A program made the position numbers and the translations under genes. The notes under the pieces are model-generated. The model made no database searches, had not been told where the DNA came from, and saw nothing but the letters and a program-made list of their open reading frames with translations. This document shows, piece by piece, positions 8,496 through 18,379 of a DNA stretch of 64,000 bases (position 1 is the stretch's first letter; each line of letters begins with the position of its first letter). The stretch comes from Rhodospirillaceae bacterium. Its GTDB lineage: Bacteria > Pseudomonadota > Alphaproteobacteria > SHVZ01. Location: NCBI GenBank assembly GCA_016792585.1, contig JAEULB010000159.1, positions 47,097-111,096 of the forward strand, in the 5' to 3' direction.

Positions 8496-9643
8496 TTGTT
8501 ATACGGATCGGCGGCGTCACGAAGCCCGTCGCCGAGGAAGTTGAGGGCAAGGACGGCGATCACCACCGCCGCCCCCGGCGCGAACAGCCAGGGCGCGGTC
8601 ACGATCGAGCGGATGTTCTGCGCCTCCCGCAGCAGCACGCCCCAGGAGATCACCGGCGGCTGCAGGCCGAGGCCAAGGAACGAAAGGGCCGTCTCGGCGA
8701 GGATCATCGCCGGGATCGCCAGCGTGACGCTGGCGACGATGTGGCTCATGAAGCTCGGCAGCATGTGGCGGAAGATGATGCGCATCTCGGACGCGCCGTC
8801 GAGGCGCGCCGCGGTCACGAAGTCCTCGGTGCGAAGCGAGAGGAAGCGGCCCCGGACGACGCGCGCGAGCTGGGCCCAGCCGATCAGCGAAAGGATCAGC
8901 GTGATCATGAAGTAGTGCAGCAGCGCCGGCCAGTTCTGCGGCAAGGCGGCGGCGAGCGCCAGCCAGATCGGGATCGTCGGCAGCGCCAGGATGAACTCGA
9001 TCACGCGCTGGATCACGAAATCGATCCGGCCGCCGTAATAGCCGGAGATGCCGCCGAGCAGGATGCCGATCAGCAGCGACATCGCCACGCCGACGAGGCC
9101 GATCGACATCGAGATCTGGCACCCCTTGACGATCCGGCTCCACACGTCGCGACCGAGGCGGTCGGAGCCCAGGAAGAAGATCTGCTGGCGCGGGTCCGTG
9201 CTGCCGATCAGATGGGTCTTCGAAGGGATCAGGCCGAAAAGGTGATAAGCGTAGCCCTCGGCGAAGAAGCGAAGGTCGATCCTCCGCGTCGGATCCTCGG
9301 TGTAGATCGGCGCCAGCGTGACCGGGTCGCGCTTCAGCACCATCTGCTTGACGTGCGGGCTGAAGACCGTGCTGCCGTCAGGCAGGGTCGCGAACAGGTG
9401 GAGAGGCTGCGGCGGATGGTAGACCGCACGCGCATTCTGCTGGCTCGGATCGGTGGTGGCGAAGAAATCCGGCACCGCCGCGACGATGTAGATCATCAGC
9501 GTGACGATGGCGCCGAGCATCGCCAGCTTGTGCTTGCGGAACGACCACCAGACCAGCTGCCACTGGGACGCGGTGGTGAAGCGCGAGGCGGCGGTCGGCG
9601 GGGTCGGCTGCTCCGGTGGCGCGGTCTCGGTCTTGGCGGTCAT
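8492..9643 (-). CDS. ABC transporter permease (DppC/OppC-like)
   Basis: 383 aa, multi-TM, with an EAA-loop-like region AARLDGASEMRIIFRHMLP. ATGA overlap with the ATPase gene. Confidence 0.85.
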   Translation of the reverse strand: MTAKTETAPPEQPTPPTAASRFTTASQWQLVWWSFRKHKLAMLGAIVTLMIYIVAAVPDFFATTDPSQQNARAVYHPPQPLHLFATLPDGSTVFSPHVKQMVLKRDPVTLAPIYTEDPTRRIDLRFFAEGYAYHLFGLIPSKTHLIGSTDPRQQIFFLGSDRLGRDVWSRIVKGCQISMSIGLVGVAMSLLIGILLGGISGYYGGRIDFVIQRVIEFILALPTIPIWLALAAALPQNWPALLHYFMITLILSLIGWAQLARVVRGRFLSLRTEDFVTAARLDGASEMRIIFRHMLPSFMSHIVASVTLAIPAMILAETALSFLGLGLQPPVISWGVLLREAQNIRSIVTAPWLFAPGAAVVIAVLALNFLGDGLRDAADPYNK

Positions 9644-10629
9644 CAGTCGAACCGGATGCGCGGGTCGACCAGCGCCAGCAGGATGTCACTGAGCAGCGTG
9701 CCGACGAGGGTCAGCGTGCACATCAGCAGCACGAACGCGCCAGCGAGGTACATGTCCTGGCTCATCAGCGACTGCAGCAGCAGCGGTCCTGCGATCGGCA
9801 GGCTCAGCACCACGGCGACGATAAGCGCGCCGGAGATCAGGTTCGGCAGTAGCCAGCCGATGGTTGAGATGAACGGATTGATCGCGACCCTGACCGGATA
9901 CTTGAGCAGCAGACGGAACTCGGAAAGTCCCTTGGCGCGGGCGGTCGTGACGTAGGGTCGGTGCAGCTCGTCCAGCATGTTGGCGCGCATGATGCGGATC
10001 AGGCTGGCGGTGCCGTTGGTGGCAAGGATGACCACCGGCACCCACAGGTGCTCGACCAGGTTCTGAACCTTCCCCCAGCTCCAGGGCGCGGTCTGGTATT
10101 CCGGCGAGAACAGCCCACCGACATCGGCCCCGAACAGCACGACGGCGACGTACATCAGAACCAACGCCAGCAGGAAGGACGGAATCGCGAGCCCGAGGAA
10201 GCCGAGGAAGGTGAAGAAGTAGTCGCCGATCGAGTACTGGCGCACCGCCGAATAGACACCGATCGGGAACGCCAGCGCCCAGGTCATCAGCAGGGTCGAC
10301 GAGGTGACGACCAGGGTCAGCGCCATGCGCTCCCAGATCAGCTCGGAGACCGGCTGCTGCCACTCGAAGCTGAGGCCGAAATCGCCGCGCGTGACGATCC
10401 CGACGATCCACTTGAAGTATTGGACGATGAACGGCTGGTCGAGCCCGAAGCGCGTGCGCAGCTCGGCCGCCGCGGTGCGGTCGACGATCTCGTTCGAGGC
10501 CGCCAGGGTCGCAATGTAGGTGGTGACGTAGTCGCCGGGCGGAAGCTGGATCAGGACGAACGCAAGAAAGCTGACGGCGAACAGCGACGGAACCATCCAC
10601 AACAGACGCTTAATGATGAAGCCCAGCAT
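9643..10629 (-). CDS. ABC transporter permease (DppB/OppB-like)
   Basis: 328 aa. The opening MLGFIIKRLLWMVPSLFAVSFLAFVLIQLPPGD is the typical DppB opening. 1-nt overlap with the next permease. Confidence 0.85.
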   Translation of the reverse strand: MLGFIIKRLLWMVPSLFAVSFLAFVLIQLPPGDYVTTYIATLAASNEIVDRTAAAELRTRFGLDQPFIVQYFKWIVGIVTRGDFGLSFEWQQPVSELIWERMALTLVVTSSTLLMTWALAFPIGVYSAVRQYSIGDYFFTFLGFLGLAIPSFLLALVLMYVAVVLFGADVGGLFSPEYQTAPWSWGKVQNLVEHLWVPVVILATNGTASLIRIMRANMLDELHRPYVTTARAKGLSEFRLLLKYPVRVAINPFISTIGWLLPNLISGALIVAVVLSLPIAGPLLLQSLMSQDMYLAGAFVLLMCTLTLVGTLLSDILLALVDPRIRFD

Positions 10630-10683
10630 CTAGGTGAAGTCCGGCGCGCCCCTCCCCGTCGGAACGGCGCGCCGGCAAGTCCT

Positions 10684-12642
10684 TTAGCTCGTGAAGAAGT
10701 ACTGCTGCGGCATCGACGGACCGGGATTCGGCCACGACCAGGCGCCGGGCATCTTGGCCGGAACGTTGCGGAGCCGGTTGTTGGCGATGCCGAACAGGTT
10801 CGGCGCGAGGCAGATGCCGATCGCATCGAAGGCGTCGGCGGCGAGATCGAGGATCTCCTTCATCAGCTCGCCCTGGCGCTTGACGTCGGAGATCGAACGC
10901 GCCTCGTCATAGAGCTTGGTGCGTCGCTTATGGTTCTCCGGCGGCTCGGCGCCTTCCTTGCCGTTGCTCGAGTACCAGACCGCCCACGGAATCGCGTAGC
11001 GCGAACCCTGCGGATGGATCGGCACCCAGTCGCGGGCGTCGATCAGCGGCTCGAGGCCGCCCGGCCCCTGCCAGACCGCGAAGTCGTGGTCGTTGTTGTC
11101 GCCGCGCGTGTAGTAGAGCGCGCGCTCGATCGTGTTGACCTTCATATCGACGCCGACCGCCGCCCAATGACGCTTGCACAGCTCGAGCGCGTCGACCTGG
11201 TCGGGATAGAGGGTCGGGATCACGTCGACGGCGAAGAACAGCTTCTGGCCGTCCGGGCGCAGTCGGAAGTTCTGGCCGTCGCGCTTCGAGAACCCGAGCT
11301 TGTCGAGCATCTCGTTCGACTTCTTAGGATCGAACTCGGTGTACTGGCGTGCGAACTTCGCATGATACCAGGGATGCGTCGGACGCGGCCCGAACTGCCA
11401 CGGCTCCGACTGCCCGAGATAGACGATGTCGATGATCTCCTGGCGGTTGATCGCGTGGGAGAGCGCGATGCGGAAGTCCTTGTTGGCGAAGATCGCCCTG
11501 AGCGCCGGGTCCTTGTGGGTGGCGTTGGGGTAGATCGACATCTGCTGGCTGTTGGCGTTGATCGTCTCGAACAGGCGGTAGTTCCCGCGCTGTGCCGACT
11601 GCGCCACCGTCGGCTTGTTCTGGAGCGTGTCGATGTGGCGCTCCTGGATGTCGATCTTGCCCGACACCACGTCGAGCATCAGCGACTCGACGTCCTGGGC
11701 GATGCTGAAGGTGATTCCGTCGACGTAGGGCAGCTGGTTGCCCTCGGTATCGACCTGCCAGAAATACGGATTCCGCTTCAGAACGACGCGGGTGGCGCCT
11801 CCGGTATAGGGCTCGGCGATGGTCCACGGATCGAGCGTCGGCTTCTCGGTGTTGCCCCAGCGCGAGGGGATCTCGATGTCGCCGCAGCGGAGCCGAAACA
11901 GGGCGCCCCAGTCCGGCACGTTCGCGGCCTTGGCGAGGTCGGCGACGTTGTTCGCATACTTCGGATGGAATTTCGAGCAGTAGTGCTTCGGGAAAAGCGT
12001 CGGATGCTGTCCCAACGGCGTCGCCATCTGCTGAAGGAACATGCCGTAGGGGCCGTCGAAGGTGAACTTGACGGTGACATCATCGACCTTCGAGACCTTG
12101 CACATCTTGCCGTTGATCGTCCAAAGCGCCGGCGGCGACTTGTAGAGCTCGGTGTTGGCGAGGCAGTCCTCGAACACGAAGACGATGTCGTCGGCGGTGA
12201 ACGGATGGCCGTCCGACCACTTCATGCCCGGGCGCAGATGGAAGGTGAACTCGTTGTTGCCGGCGTTCACGTCCCACTTGTGCGCGACGCCCGGCAGCAC
12301 GTCGGTGAACTCGAGGTTCCAGCGGGTCAGGCCCTGGTTGCCGACCATGCGCAGGATGCCGTTGTGGTCGGCCGAGCCGCGGAGCCCGCGGCGGATCTGG
12401 CCGCCGTAACGGCCGACGCGCTCGACCGGCTGAACCACCAGCGGGATCTTCGGCAGGCGCTCGGCGAGCGGCGGCAGCTTCTTGTCGGCGACCGCCTGAA
12501 CGAACTCCGGCGCTTCCTTGGCGGCGCCCTGAGCCAAGGCGCTCCACGACACCAGGCTGGTCGCTGCCATGCCGCCGGCGCCGGCCATCAGTTGGCGGCG
12601 AGTCAGCTTCAAGCCGCCGGAATTGTTGCGTTTGCGTGCCAT
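10684..12642 (-). CDS. ABC transporter substrate-binding protein, family 5, with Tat-type signal
   Basis: Real start is MARKRNNSGGLKLTRRQLMAGAGGMAATSLVSWSALAQG (twin-Arg signal) with a GGAGGAAACC RBS upstream. The 915-aa track ORF is a read-through N-terminal extension. The protein is 652 aa. Confidence 0.8.
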   Translation of the reverse strand: MARKRNNSGGLKLTRRQLMAGAGGMAATSLVSWSALAQGAAKEAPEFVQAVADKKLPPLAERLPKIPLVVQPVERVGRYGGQIRRGLRGSADHNGILRMVGNQGLTRWNLEFTDVLPGVAHKWDVNAGNNEFTFHLRPGMKWSDGHPFTADDIVFVFEDCLANTELYKSPPALWTINGKMCKVSKVDDVTVKFTFDGPYGMFLQQMATPLGQHPTLFPKHYCSKFHPKYANNVADLAKAANVPDWGALFRLRCGDIEIPSRWGNTEKPTLDPWTIAEPYTGGATRVVLKRNPYFWQVDTEGNQLPYVDGITFSIAQDVESLMLDVVSGKIDIQERHIDTLQNKPTVAQSAQRGNYRLFETINANSQQMSIYPNATHKDPALRAIFANKDFRIALSHAINRQEIIDIVYLGQSEPWQFGPRPTHPWYHAKFARQYTEFDPKKSNEMLDKLGFSKRDGQNFRLRPDGQKLFFAVDVIPTLYPDQVDALELCKRHWAAVGVDMKVNTIERALYYTRGDNNDHDFAVWQGPGGLEPLIDARDWVPIHPQGSRYAIPWAVWYSSNGKEGAEPPENHKRRTKLYDEARSISDVKRQGELMKEILDLAADAFDAIGICLAPNLFGIANNRLRNVPAKMPGAWSWPNPGPSMPQQYFFTS

Positions 12643-12713
12643 GGTTTCCTCCGTTTCGCTGCGCCGCTTAAGCGCGTGTTTAAGGCCAGAATGAAGGTTG
12701 CTCAGTCGATCTG

Positions 12714-13718
12714 TCAAACCGCCCGTTTCCCGGTGTCGAGGGTCTGCAGCAATGCCGCGATGTAGCCGTAGCAATAGGCGAAGGCCACGCCCTGCGGGTC
12801 CTTGCCGTCGATGATCGGCACGTGGTCCGGCATGATCATGTACTTGTAGCCGACGTCCCGGTAGAGGCGCAGCGCCGCCGGCATGTCCATGTCGCCTTCG
12901 TCGGGGAAGGTCTCCATGAAGTCGAGCTTGCGCCCGCGGATGTTGCGGAAGTGCACGTTGAAGATCTTGCCGCGGCTGCCGAACCACTCGATCACCGCGC
13001 CGACCTCCTTCGCCGGGTCGTCGAGCATCTCGCCGATCGTGCCCTGGCAGAAGTTGAGGCCGTGATAGGGGCTTTCCTCGGTCTCGACGAAGCGCTTCAG
13101 GCCCTCGACCGTGCCGAGCACGCGCGTCACACCCTTCCAGCCGGGCGGCGTGTAGGGATCGTGCGGGTGGCAAGCAAGCCGGACCTTGTTGGCCGTCGCG
13201 ACCGGCACCACGCGCTTGAGGAAATACTCGATCCGCGCCCAGTTCTCCTCCGGGTCGACGACGCCGGCGATGCCGGGCTTCGCATCCTGGTCGGCCTCGG
13301 ACCAGCGGAAGGACTCGTTGCGCGAGCCGCCCCGGCCGATCGAGTGCTTCGTGCGCGGGATGCCGATGATGTTGAGATTGTACTTGGCCGCCGGAATGCC
13401 GGCCTTGGCCAATCGCTCGATCAGCGCGCAAATTGAATCGATCTGGCGGTCGCGGTCGGGGCCGGCCGTCAGCACGTCCGGGCTCTCCTGCTCCTCGATC
13501 GGCCGCGAGTTCATCGGCAGCTGAACCATGTCGAGGACGAGGCCGAAGCTTTCGACCGTCTCGCGATGGCGATTCAGGACGTCGAGCGACCAGTGATGCG
13601 GGTTGCCGTCGGGATCGGCGCAGACATGGCGCACGCCGAGCTGAGCCCAGACACGATAGTCGCTGTCGTCGCGGGCCTTGACCTGGGTCCCGAGATACAC
13701 CGCCCCTCCCCGATGCAT
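12714..13718 (-). CDS. mannonate dehydratase-like protein (UxuA family, TIM-barrel, short form)
   Basis: 334 aa starting MHRGGAVYLG. Motifs RLACHPHDP, FNVHFRNIRG and IMPDHVP resemble UxuA. The 557-aa track ORF is an extension. Confidence 0.6.
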   Translation of the reverse strand: MHRGGAVYLGTQVKARDDSDYRVWAQLGVRHVCADPDGNPHHWSLDVLNRHRETVESFGLVLDMVQLPMNSRPIEEQESPDVLTAGPDRDRQIDSICALIERLAKAGIPAAKYNLNIIGIPRTKHSIGRGGSRNESFRWSEADQDAKPGIAGVVDPEENWARIEYFLKRVVPVATANKVRLACHPHDPYTPPGWKGVTRVLGTVEGLKRFVETEESPYHGLNFCQGTIGEMLDDPAKEVGAVIEWFGSRGKIFNVHFRNIRGRKLDFMETFPDEGDMDMPAALRLYRDVGYKYMIMPDHVPIIDGKDPQGVAFAYCYGYIAALLQTLDTGKRAV

Positions 13719-13844
13719 TGAGGCTTCTTCGTTGCTTGTAGGATAACCGGACAGGCGCCTTCGAGGCAGCCCCAGACTTTCGGACGGGGGCCTCGAAGAC
13801 TGCACAAAAAAGAGGCTACGATCCGCGCCAGCGAAGGAGATGCC

Positions 13845-14549
13845 ATGAACGTGGATGCGTTGGTCTTCGATGTCTTCGGCACCTGCGTCGACTGGCGCGG
13901 CTCGATCGTTCGCGAGGCTCGGCGCTGGAGCCGCGACCTCGGCCGCACGATCGACGGCGAAGGCCTCGCCGATGCCTGGCGCGCGGCCTATGGGCCGTCG
14001 ATGGAGGAAGTGAAGTCGGGCCGCCGCCCCTTCACCTATCTCGATACCCTCCATCGCGAGACCCTGGATCGCATCGCCGGCCGCTTCGGCCTCGGCGGGC
14101 TCGAGGAGAAGACGCTCGCTCACATCAATCGCGTCTGGCACCGGCTCGACCCGTGGCCGGACACGGTGCCGGGCCTGCGTCGTCTTCGCGCGAAGTTCCT
14201 GCTGGCCCCGCTCTCGAACGGCGGCGTGGCGCTGCTGACCAGAATGGCGAAGCGCGCCGCCATGCCCTGGGACCTGATCCTCTCCGGCGAGCTGTTCGAG
14301 GGCTACAAGCCGGAGCCCAAGGTCTATCTCGGCGCCGCGCGCCTGCTCGACCTTCCGCCCGAGCGCGTGATGATGGTCGCCGCCCACAACGGCGACCTCG
14401 AAGCGGCTGCGGCGCTGGGCCTCAAGACGGCCTTCGTGCTGCGCCCGACCGAGTACGGCCCGGCGCAGACGACCGATCTCGCGCCGTCGCGGACATGGGA
14501 CTGCTCCGTCGACAGCATGGAAGCGCTCGCCGACGCGCTCGGCTGCTAG
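13845..14549 (+). CDS. haloacid dehalogenase type II (HAD superfamily)
   Basis: 234 aa. N-terminal ALVFDVFGTCVDW carries the HAD motif I Asp, and the C-terminal half reads MVAAHNGDLEAA. GAAGGAGA RBS. Confidence 0.75.
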   Translation: MNVDALVFDVFGTCVDWRGSIVREARRWSRDLGRTIDGEGLADAWRAAYGPSMEEVKSGRRPFTYLDTLHRETLDRIAGRFGLGGLEEKTLAHINRVWHRLDPWPDTVPGLRRLRAKFLLAPLSNGGVALLTRMAKRAAMPWDLILSGELFEGYKPEPKVYLGAARLLDLPPERVMMVAAHNGDLEAAAALGLKTAFVLRPTEYGPAQTTDLAPSRTWDCSVDSMEALADALGC

Positions 14550-15103
14550 AGACCGAACGGCTCCAGCGCGCGCATGACGGCGTGGTCGACGACGTCGTCG
14601 ATCGTCTTCGGCTTGAGATGGAAGGCCGGCACCGGCGGCATCACCGTGGCGCCGTAGGAGACCGCCCGCTCCATGAGCTCGATGTGGCCCAAGTGCAGCG
14701 GCGTCTCGCGCAGCAGCAGCACGAGGCGCCGGCGCTCCTTCAGGCAGACATCGGCGGCACGGACGACCAGGTTCTCGTCATAGGAATTGGCGATCCCGCT
14801 CAGGGTGCGGATCGAGCAAGGCGCCACCAGCATCCCCTCGGTGCGGAACGAGCCGCTCGCCATCGAGGCGCCGATGTCCTTGTAGCTGTGGACCTGGGAG
14901 GCGAGCCGGCGCACCTGCAGGGCCGTGCGGTCCGTCTCTTCTTCTATGGTCCGGAGCGCCGAGGGCGACAGGATCAGATGGGTCTCGACCGCCTTTTCCC
15001 TAAGCCGCTCCAGTGCCCTGATGCCGAAGATCGCCCCGGAGGCGCCGGTGATCGCGACGATCAGGCGCTTCGGCTGGGCCTTGGGGGCGGGTTTCCGGGG
15101 CAC
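14546..15103 (-). CDS. ubiX: UbiX family flavin prenyltransferase
   Basis: 185 aa. RLIVAITGASGAIFGIRALERL and the overall length are typical of UbiX/Pad1. Confidence 0.85.
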   Translation of the reverse strand: MPRKPAPKAQPKRLIVAITGASGAIFGIRALERLREKAVETHLILSPSALRTIEEETDRTALQVRRLASQVHSYKDIGASMASGSFRTEGMLVAPCSIRTLSGIANSYDENLVVRAADVCLKERRRLVLLLRETPLHLGHIELMERAVSYGATVMPPVPAFHLKPKTIDDVVDHAVMRALEPFGL

Positions 15104-15167
15104 AGGCTCACATGACCCAAGGGGCGCCTGGGACGCAATGGGGTTACTGACATCCCAGATTCGCTAA

Positions 15168-15196
15168 TTGACATTTCAATGTCGCCATACTGGAAT
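15168..15196 (+). promoter_or_regulatory. candidate sigma70-like promoter (TTGACA-N17-TGGAAT) with embedded inverted repeat GACAT-TTCA-ATGTC (15170-15183)
   Basis: Read directly in the AT-richer ubiX/gntR divergent intergenic region. The repeat resembles the GT..AC core of GntR/FadR-type operators. Confidence 0.25.
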
Positions 15197-15228
15197 TCCG
15201 GCCCCGCCTCGTCCCAACGGCCCTTCGC

Positions 15229-15957
15229 ATGCTCGATATCTCTCGCACCCTTCCCGCCGACAGCGAGACGCGCCAGAGCGACATCGCCTTCGAGATGGTG
15301 AAGGCCGATATCGTCGCCTGCCGGCTGGCTCCGGGCACGAGCGTGACCGAAGCCGAGCTCGCCGAGCGTTATCAGCTGGGCAAGGCGCCGATCCGGATGG
15401 CTCTGACCCGGCTCGCCGACCGCGACTGGCTGCGCGCGCTTCCCCGGCGCGGCTATCTGGTGAAGCCGGTCGCGATGCGCGACGTCACCGAGATCTTCGA
15501 TCTTCGCCTGATCATCGAGCCGGCCGCGGCGCGCGCCGCCGCCGGCCGCGTCGAGGTCAGCCGCCTCGAGCATCTGGACGCCGTCTGCCGTGCCGGCTTC
15601 GTGCCGGGCGACGCCGCCAGCGAAGCGACCTACCTTCAGGCGCACCGTCAGTTCCACTTCGCGATCGTGCTGGCAGCCGGCAATCGGCGCCTCGGCCGCA
15701 GCTTCGAGCCGCTGTGGGACGAGACCGAGCGCGTGCTGCACCACACCGGCCTGCTTCGCCGTGACGCCGAGCCGCTTCGCCACGACCACAAGCCGCTGAT
15801 CGAGGCGCTCCGCGCCGGCGACGGCGCCGCCGCCGAATCCGAGATGCGCGAGGAGGTCCAGCACCTCAGCCGCGCGATCATGGAGACCGCGCTCAAGACC
15901 GCGATCCTCCCTGCCCCGTCCGCCGAGACGGAGCGGGCCGAGGACGCGCGCTGGTGA
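15229..15957 (+). CDS. GntR family transcriptional regulator (FadR/FCD type)
   Basis: 242 aa with a winged-helix segment LAPGTSVTEAELAERYQLGKAPIRMALTRLA followed by an FCD-like helical domain. Confidence 0.85.
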   Translation: MLDISRTLPADSETRQSDIAFEMVKADIVACRLAPGTSVTEAELAERYQLGKAPIRMALTRLADRDWLRALPRRGYLVKPVAMRDVTEIFDLRLIIEPAAARAAAGRVEVSRLEHLDAVCRAGFVPGDAASEATYLQAHRQFHFAIVLAAGNRRLGRSFEPLWDETERVLHHTGLLRRDAEPLRHDHKPLIEALRAGDGAAAESEMREEVQHLSRAIMETALKTAILPAPSAETERAEDARW

Positions 15958-16009
15958 CTACCTGCGCCGGCAGGGGGCCGGCACGTCGTTCCAACCTGGG
16001 AGGCTCAAC

Positions 16010-17509
16010 ATGAACCGATGGTCGATATGGCTCAGGACCGCCGCGCTCGCGACGGTGCTCGCCGCCGGACAAGCCTACGCCGCCAAGGATGTGCTGGTTA
16101 TCGATCTCGCCAGCGAGCCCGCCTCGCTCGACCCGCATGTCCAGTGGAACCCGGACAGCTACTGGGTCTACCGCAACATCTTCGACAACGTCGTGACGCG
16201 CGACGACGACGGCAAGATCATCCCGCAGGTCGCGACCTCGTGGAAAGCGATCGACGACAAGACGATCGAGTTCGCGCTCCGCAGCGACATCACGTTCCAT
16301 GACGGCACGGCGATGACCGCCGACGACGTCGCCTTCACCGTCAAGCGCATCACCGATCCCGCCTTCAAGAGCCCGCAGCTCGACCAGTTCAACAAGATCG
16401 TCGCGACCGAGGTGGTCAATCCGACGACGATCCGCTTCAGGACCGACAGCGTCTATCCGGTGCTCATGGCGCAGCTGACCAAGCTCAGCGTCGTGCCGAA
16501 GGCGCATGTCGAGAAGGTCGGCAACGAAGCCTTCAACCAGGGCCCGGTCGGCAGCGGCGCCTACAAGTTCCAGTCGATCCAGCGCGGCGTGAAGACGACA
16601 CTGGTGCGCAACGACGCCTATTGGGGCCAGAAGGGCGCCTTCCCGACGGTCGAGTTCCGGCCGGTGCCTGACCAGGCGACCCGCATGGCCGATCTCCGCT
16701 CCGGCAAGGCCGACCTGATCGTCACGATCAACGCCGACCACGCCAAGGAGCTGAAGGCCGATGCCAATACCAAGGTGCTGAGCGTGCTCAGCGAGCGCGT
16801 CGCCTACTTCATGCTGAACTCGCTGACCGGCCCGACCTCGGACCTCCGTGTCCGCCAGGCGATCTCGCACGCGATCGACCGCCAGGGCATCATCGACGGC
16901 CTGATGGGCGGCTACGACAAGCCGGTCGCGACCATGCTGTCGCCCGTCCATGTCGGCTTCTCCGACGGCTTCAAGGGCCCGGTCTACGACCCCAACAAGG
17001 CGAAGGAGCTCTTGAAGGCCGTCGGCGCCCCAGCGCAAGGCACCTTCACCCTCTTCACCTCGCCGGTCTTCGACCAGCGCATCGTCGTCGCGATCCAGCA
17101 GATGCTGCGCGACGTCGGGCTCAAGGTCGAGATCACCTCCAGCGACTTCGCCAACTGGCTGAAGCGCGCCCAGGCCTCGCCGCAGGAGTTCGGCGAGGTC
17201 ACCTTCAGCCGCTGGTCCTGCGGCTGCCAGGACGCCGACGGCATCCTCTTCCCGCTCTACCACTCGAAGAGCCAGTGGGCGAAGTCGAACAACCCGGCGA
17301 TGGACGCCGAGCTCGATGCCGGCCGCTCAACCCTCGACGTGGCGAAGCGCACCCAGCACTACAAGAAGGCGAACGAGCTCGCCGAGGCGACCGTCCCGCT
17401 GGTGCCGCTCTACCAGGCCGCCATCCTCTACGGCGCCCGCAAGGAGCTGCGCTGGAAGCCGACGCCGAACGAGAGCTTCTTCATCAACCGCATCGGCTGG
17501 GACGGCTGA
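16010..17509 (+). CDS. ABC transporter substrate-binding protein, family 5 (no adjacent permease)
   Basis: 499 aa. Signal peptide MNRWSIWLRTAALATVLAAGQAYAA followed by a typical SBP_bac_5 sequence. Confidence 0.85.
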   Translation: MNRWSIWLRTAALATVLAAGQAYAAKDVLVIDLASEPASLDPHVQWNPDSYWVYRNIFDNVVTRDDDGKIIPQVATSWKAIDDKTIEFALRSDITFHDGTAMTADDVAFTVKRITDPAFKSPQLDQFNKIVATEVVNPTTIRFRTDSVYPVLMAQLTKLSVVPKAHVEKVGNEAFNQGPVGSGAYKFQSIQRGVKTTLVRNDAYWGQKGAFPTVEFRPVPDQATRMADLRSGKADLIVTINADHAKELKADANTKVLSVLSERVAYFMLNSLTGPTSDLRVRQAISHAIDRQGIIDGLMGGYDKPVATMLSPVHVGFSDGFKGPVYDPNKAKELLKAVGAPAQGTFTLFTSPVFDQRIVVAIQQMLRDVGLKVEITSSDFANWLKRAQASPQEFGEVTFSRWSCGCQDADGILFPLYHSKSQWAKSNNPAMDAELDAGRSTLDVAKRTQHYKKANELAEATVPLVPLYQAAILYGARKELRWKPTPNESFFINRIGWDG

Positions 17510-17522
17510 TCGGTCTATGATC

Positions 17523-17562
17523 GGGCGAGGGCGCCGTCGGGTGCCCTCGCCCTTTTCCTTTT
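17523..17562 (+). terminator. rho-independent terminator/attenuator
   Basis: GGGCGAGGGC-N10-GCCCTCGCCC followed by TTTTCCTTTT, 14 nt after the SBP stop. Confidence 0.6.
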
Positions 17563-17575
17563 CCGGGAATCCCAC

Positions 17576-18379
17576 ATGGCCGCCATGAGCTGGGGCGACG
17601 AGTTCGCCGGCAAGCGCGTCGTCGTCACCGGCGCCTGCGGCATCTACGGCCGCTGGATCGCCAAGGCCTTCGACGCGGTCGGGGCGAAGCTCTGCCTCTC
17701 CGACGTGAAGGACAAGGATCTCGCTGCCTTCGCCGCGGAACTGAAGCTCTCGGACAAGGACGGGCTCACCCACAAGACCGATCTGACCGACGCCGCTTCG
17801 ATCGACGACCTCGTCGCCAGCGTGGCCAAGGCCTGGGGTGCCGCCGACATCGTCGTCAACAATGCCGGCATCTATCCGAGCGGCTTCCTTCTCGATATCG
17901 ACGTGAAAGAGTGGGACCGGATCATCGGGGTCAACCTGCGCGCGCCCTTCCTGGTCTCGCGCGGCTTCGCCAAGCTGATGATCCGGCACAAGGTCAAGGG
18001 CAGCATCGTCGACATCTCCTCGGGCGCGTCGCGCAAGATGCGGCGCACGGTGGCGCCCTACTGCCTCTCCAAGACCGCGCTCGACCGCCTCAACAAGGGC
18101 TTCGCGATCGAGCTCGCCGAGTTCGGCATCCGCGTCAACATCGTCGAGCCCGGCTTCGCGCCGGGATCGACCGCGAGCCCCCTGACGCCCGCCCATGTCG
18201 AGGCGACCCTGGCGCAGATCCCGCTCGGCCGTGCGACGCTGCCCAACGAGGCGCCGGATGCGGTGCTGTTCCTCTGCTCGAGCAAGGCCGAGTACATCAC
18301 CGGCACGACGCTGACCGTCGACGGCGGCAACTCGATCGGCAGCCTCGCCGTCCATCAGGACAAGAAGCGTCCCGGGTGA
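17576..18379 (+). CDS. SDR family oxidoreductase
   Basis: 267 aa with GKRVVVTGACGIYG (cofactor motif), NNAG and a YCLSK catalytic Y-x3-K. Confidence 0.85.
   Translation: MAAMSWGDEFAGKRVVVTGACGIYGRWIAKAFDAVGAKLCLSDVKDKDLAAFAAELKLSDKDGLTHKTDLTDAASIDDLVASVAKAWGAADIVVNNAGIYPSGFLLDIDVKEWDRIIGVNLRAPFLVSRGFAKLMIRHKVKGSIVDISSGASRKMRRTVAPYCLSKTALDRLNKGFAIELAEFGIRVNIVEPGFAPGSTASPLTPAHVEATLAQIPLGRATLPNEAPDAVLFLCSSKAEYITGTTLTVDGGNSIGSLAVHQDKKRPG

Noticed and set aside
6867-12765. Very long plus-strand ORFs (6867-8915, 682 aa; 8741-9955; 9961-12765, 934 aa) opposite the Dpp-type ABC operon
   Set aside because: These are shadow ORFs typical of high-GC DNA. The translations are Arg/Asp/His/Gly-rich low complexity with no motifs. 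The opposite strand encodes textbook ABC ATPase, permease and SBP sequences with coupled starts and stops.
13759-13798. Stem (CTTCGAGGC ... GCCTCGAAG) followed by an A-run in the uxuA-like / HAD divergent region, considered as a terminator
   Set aside because: Both flanking genes point away from it, and the T-run would precede the stem on the minus strand. It is therefore not a terminator on either strand. It might be a leader structure, but I have no supporting evidence.
10684-14387. Track ORFs 10684-13431 (915 aa) and 12714-14387 (557 aa) taken as single large proteins
   Set aside because: Both are real genes with spurious upstream read-through. Internal starts with a Tat signal and RBS (12642) and MHRGG (13718) give normal-length SBP and UxuA-like proteins. 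The extensions overlap the neighbouring genes.
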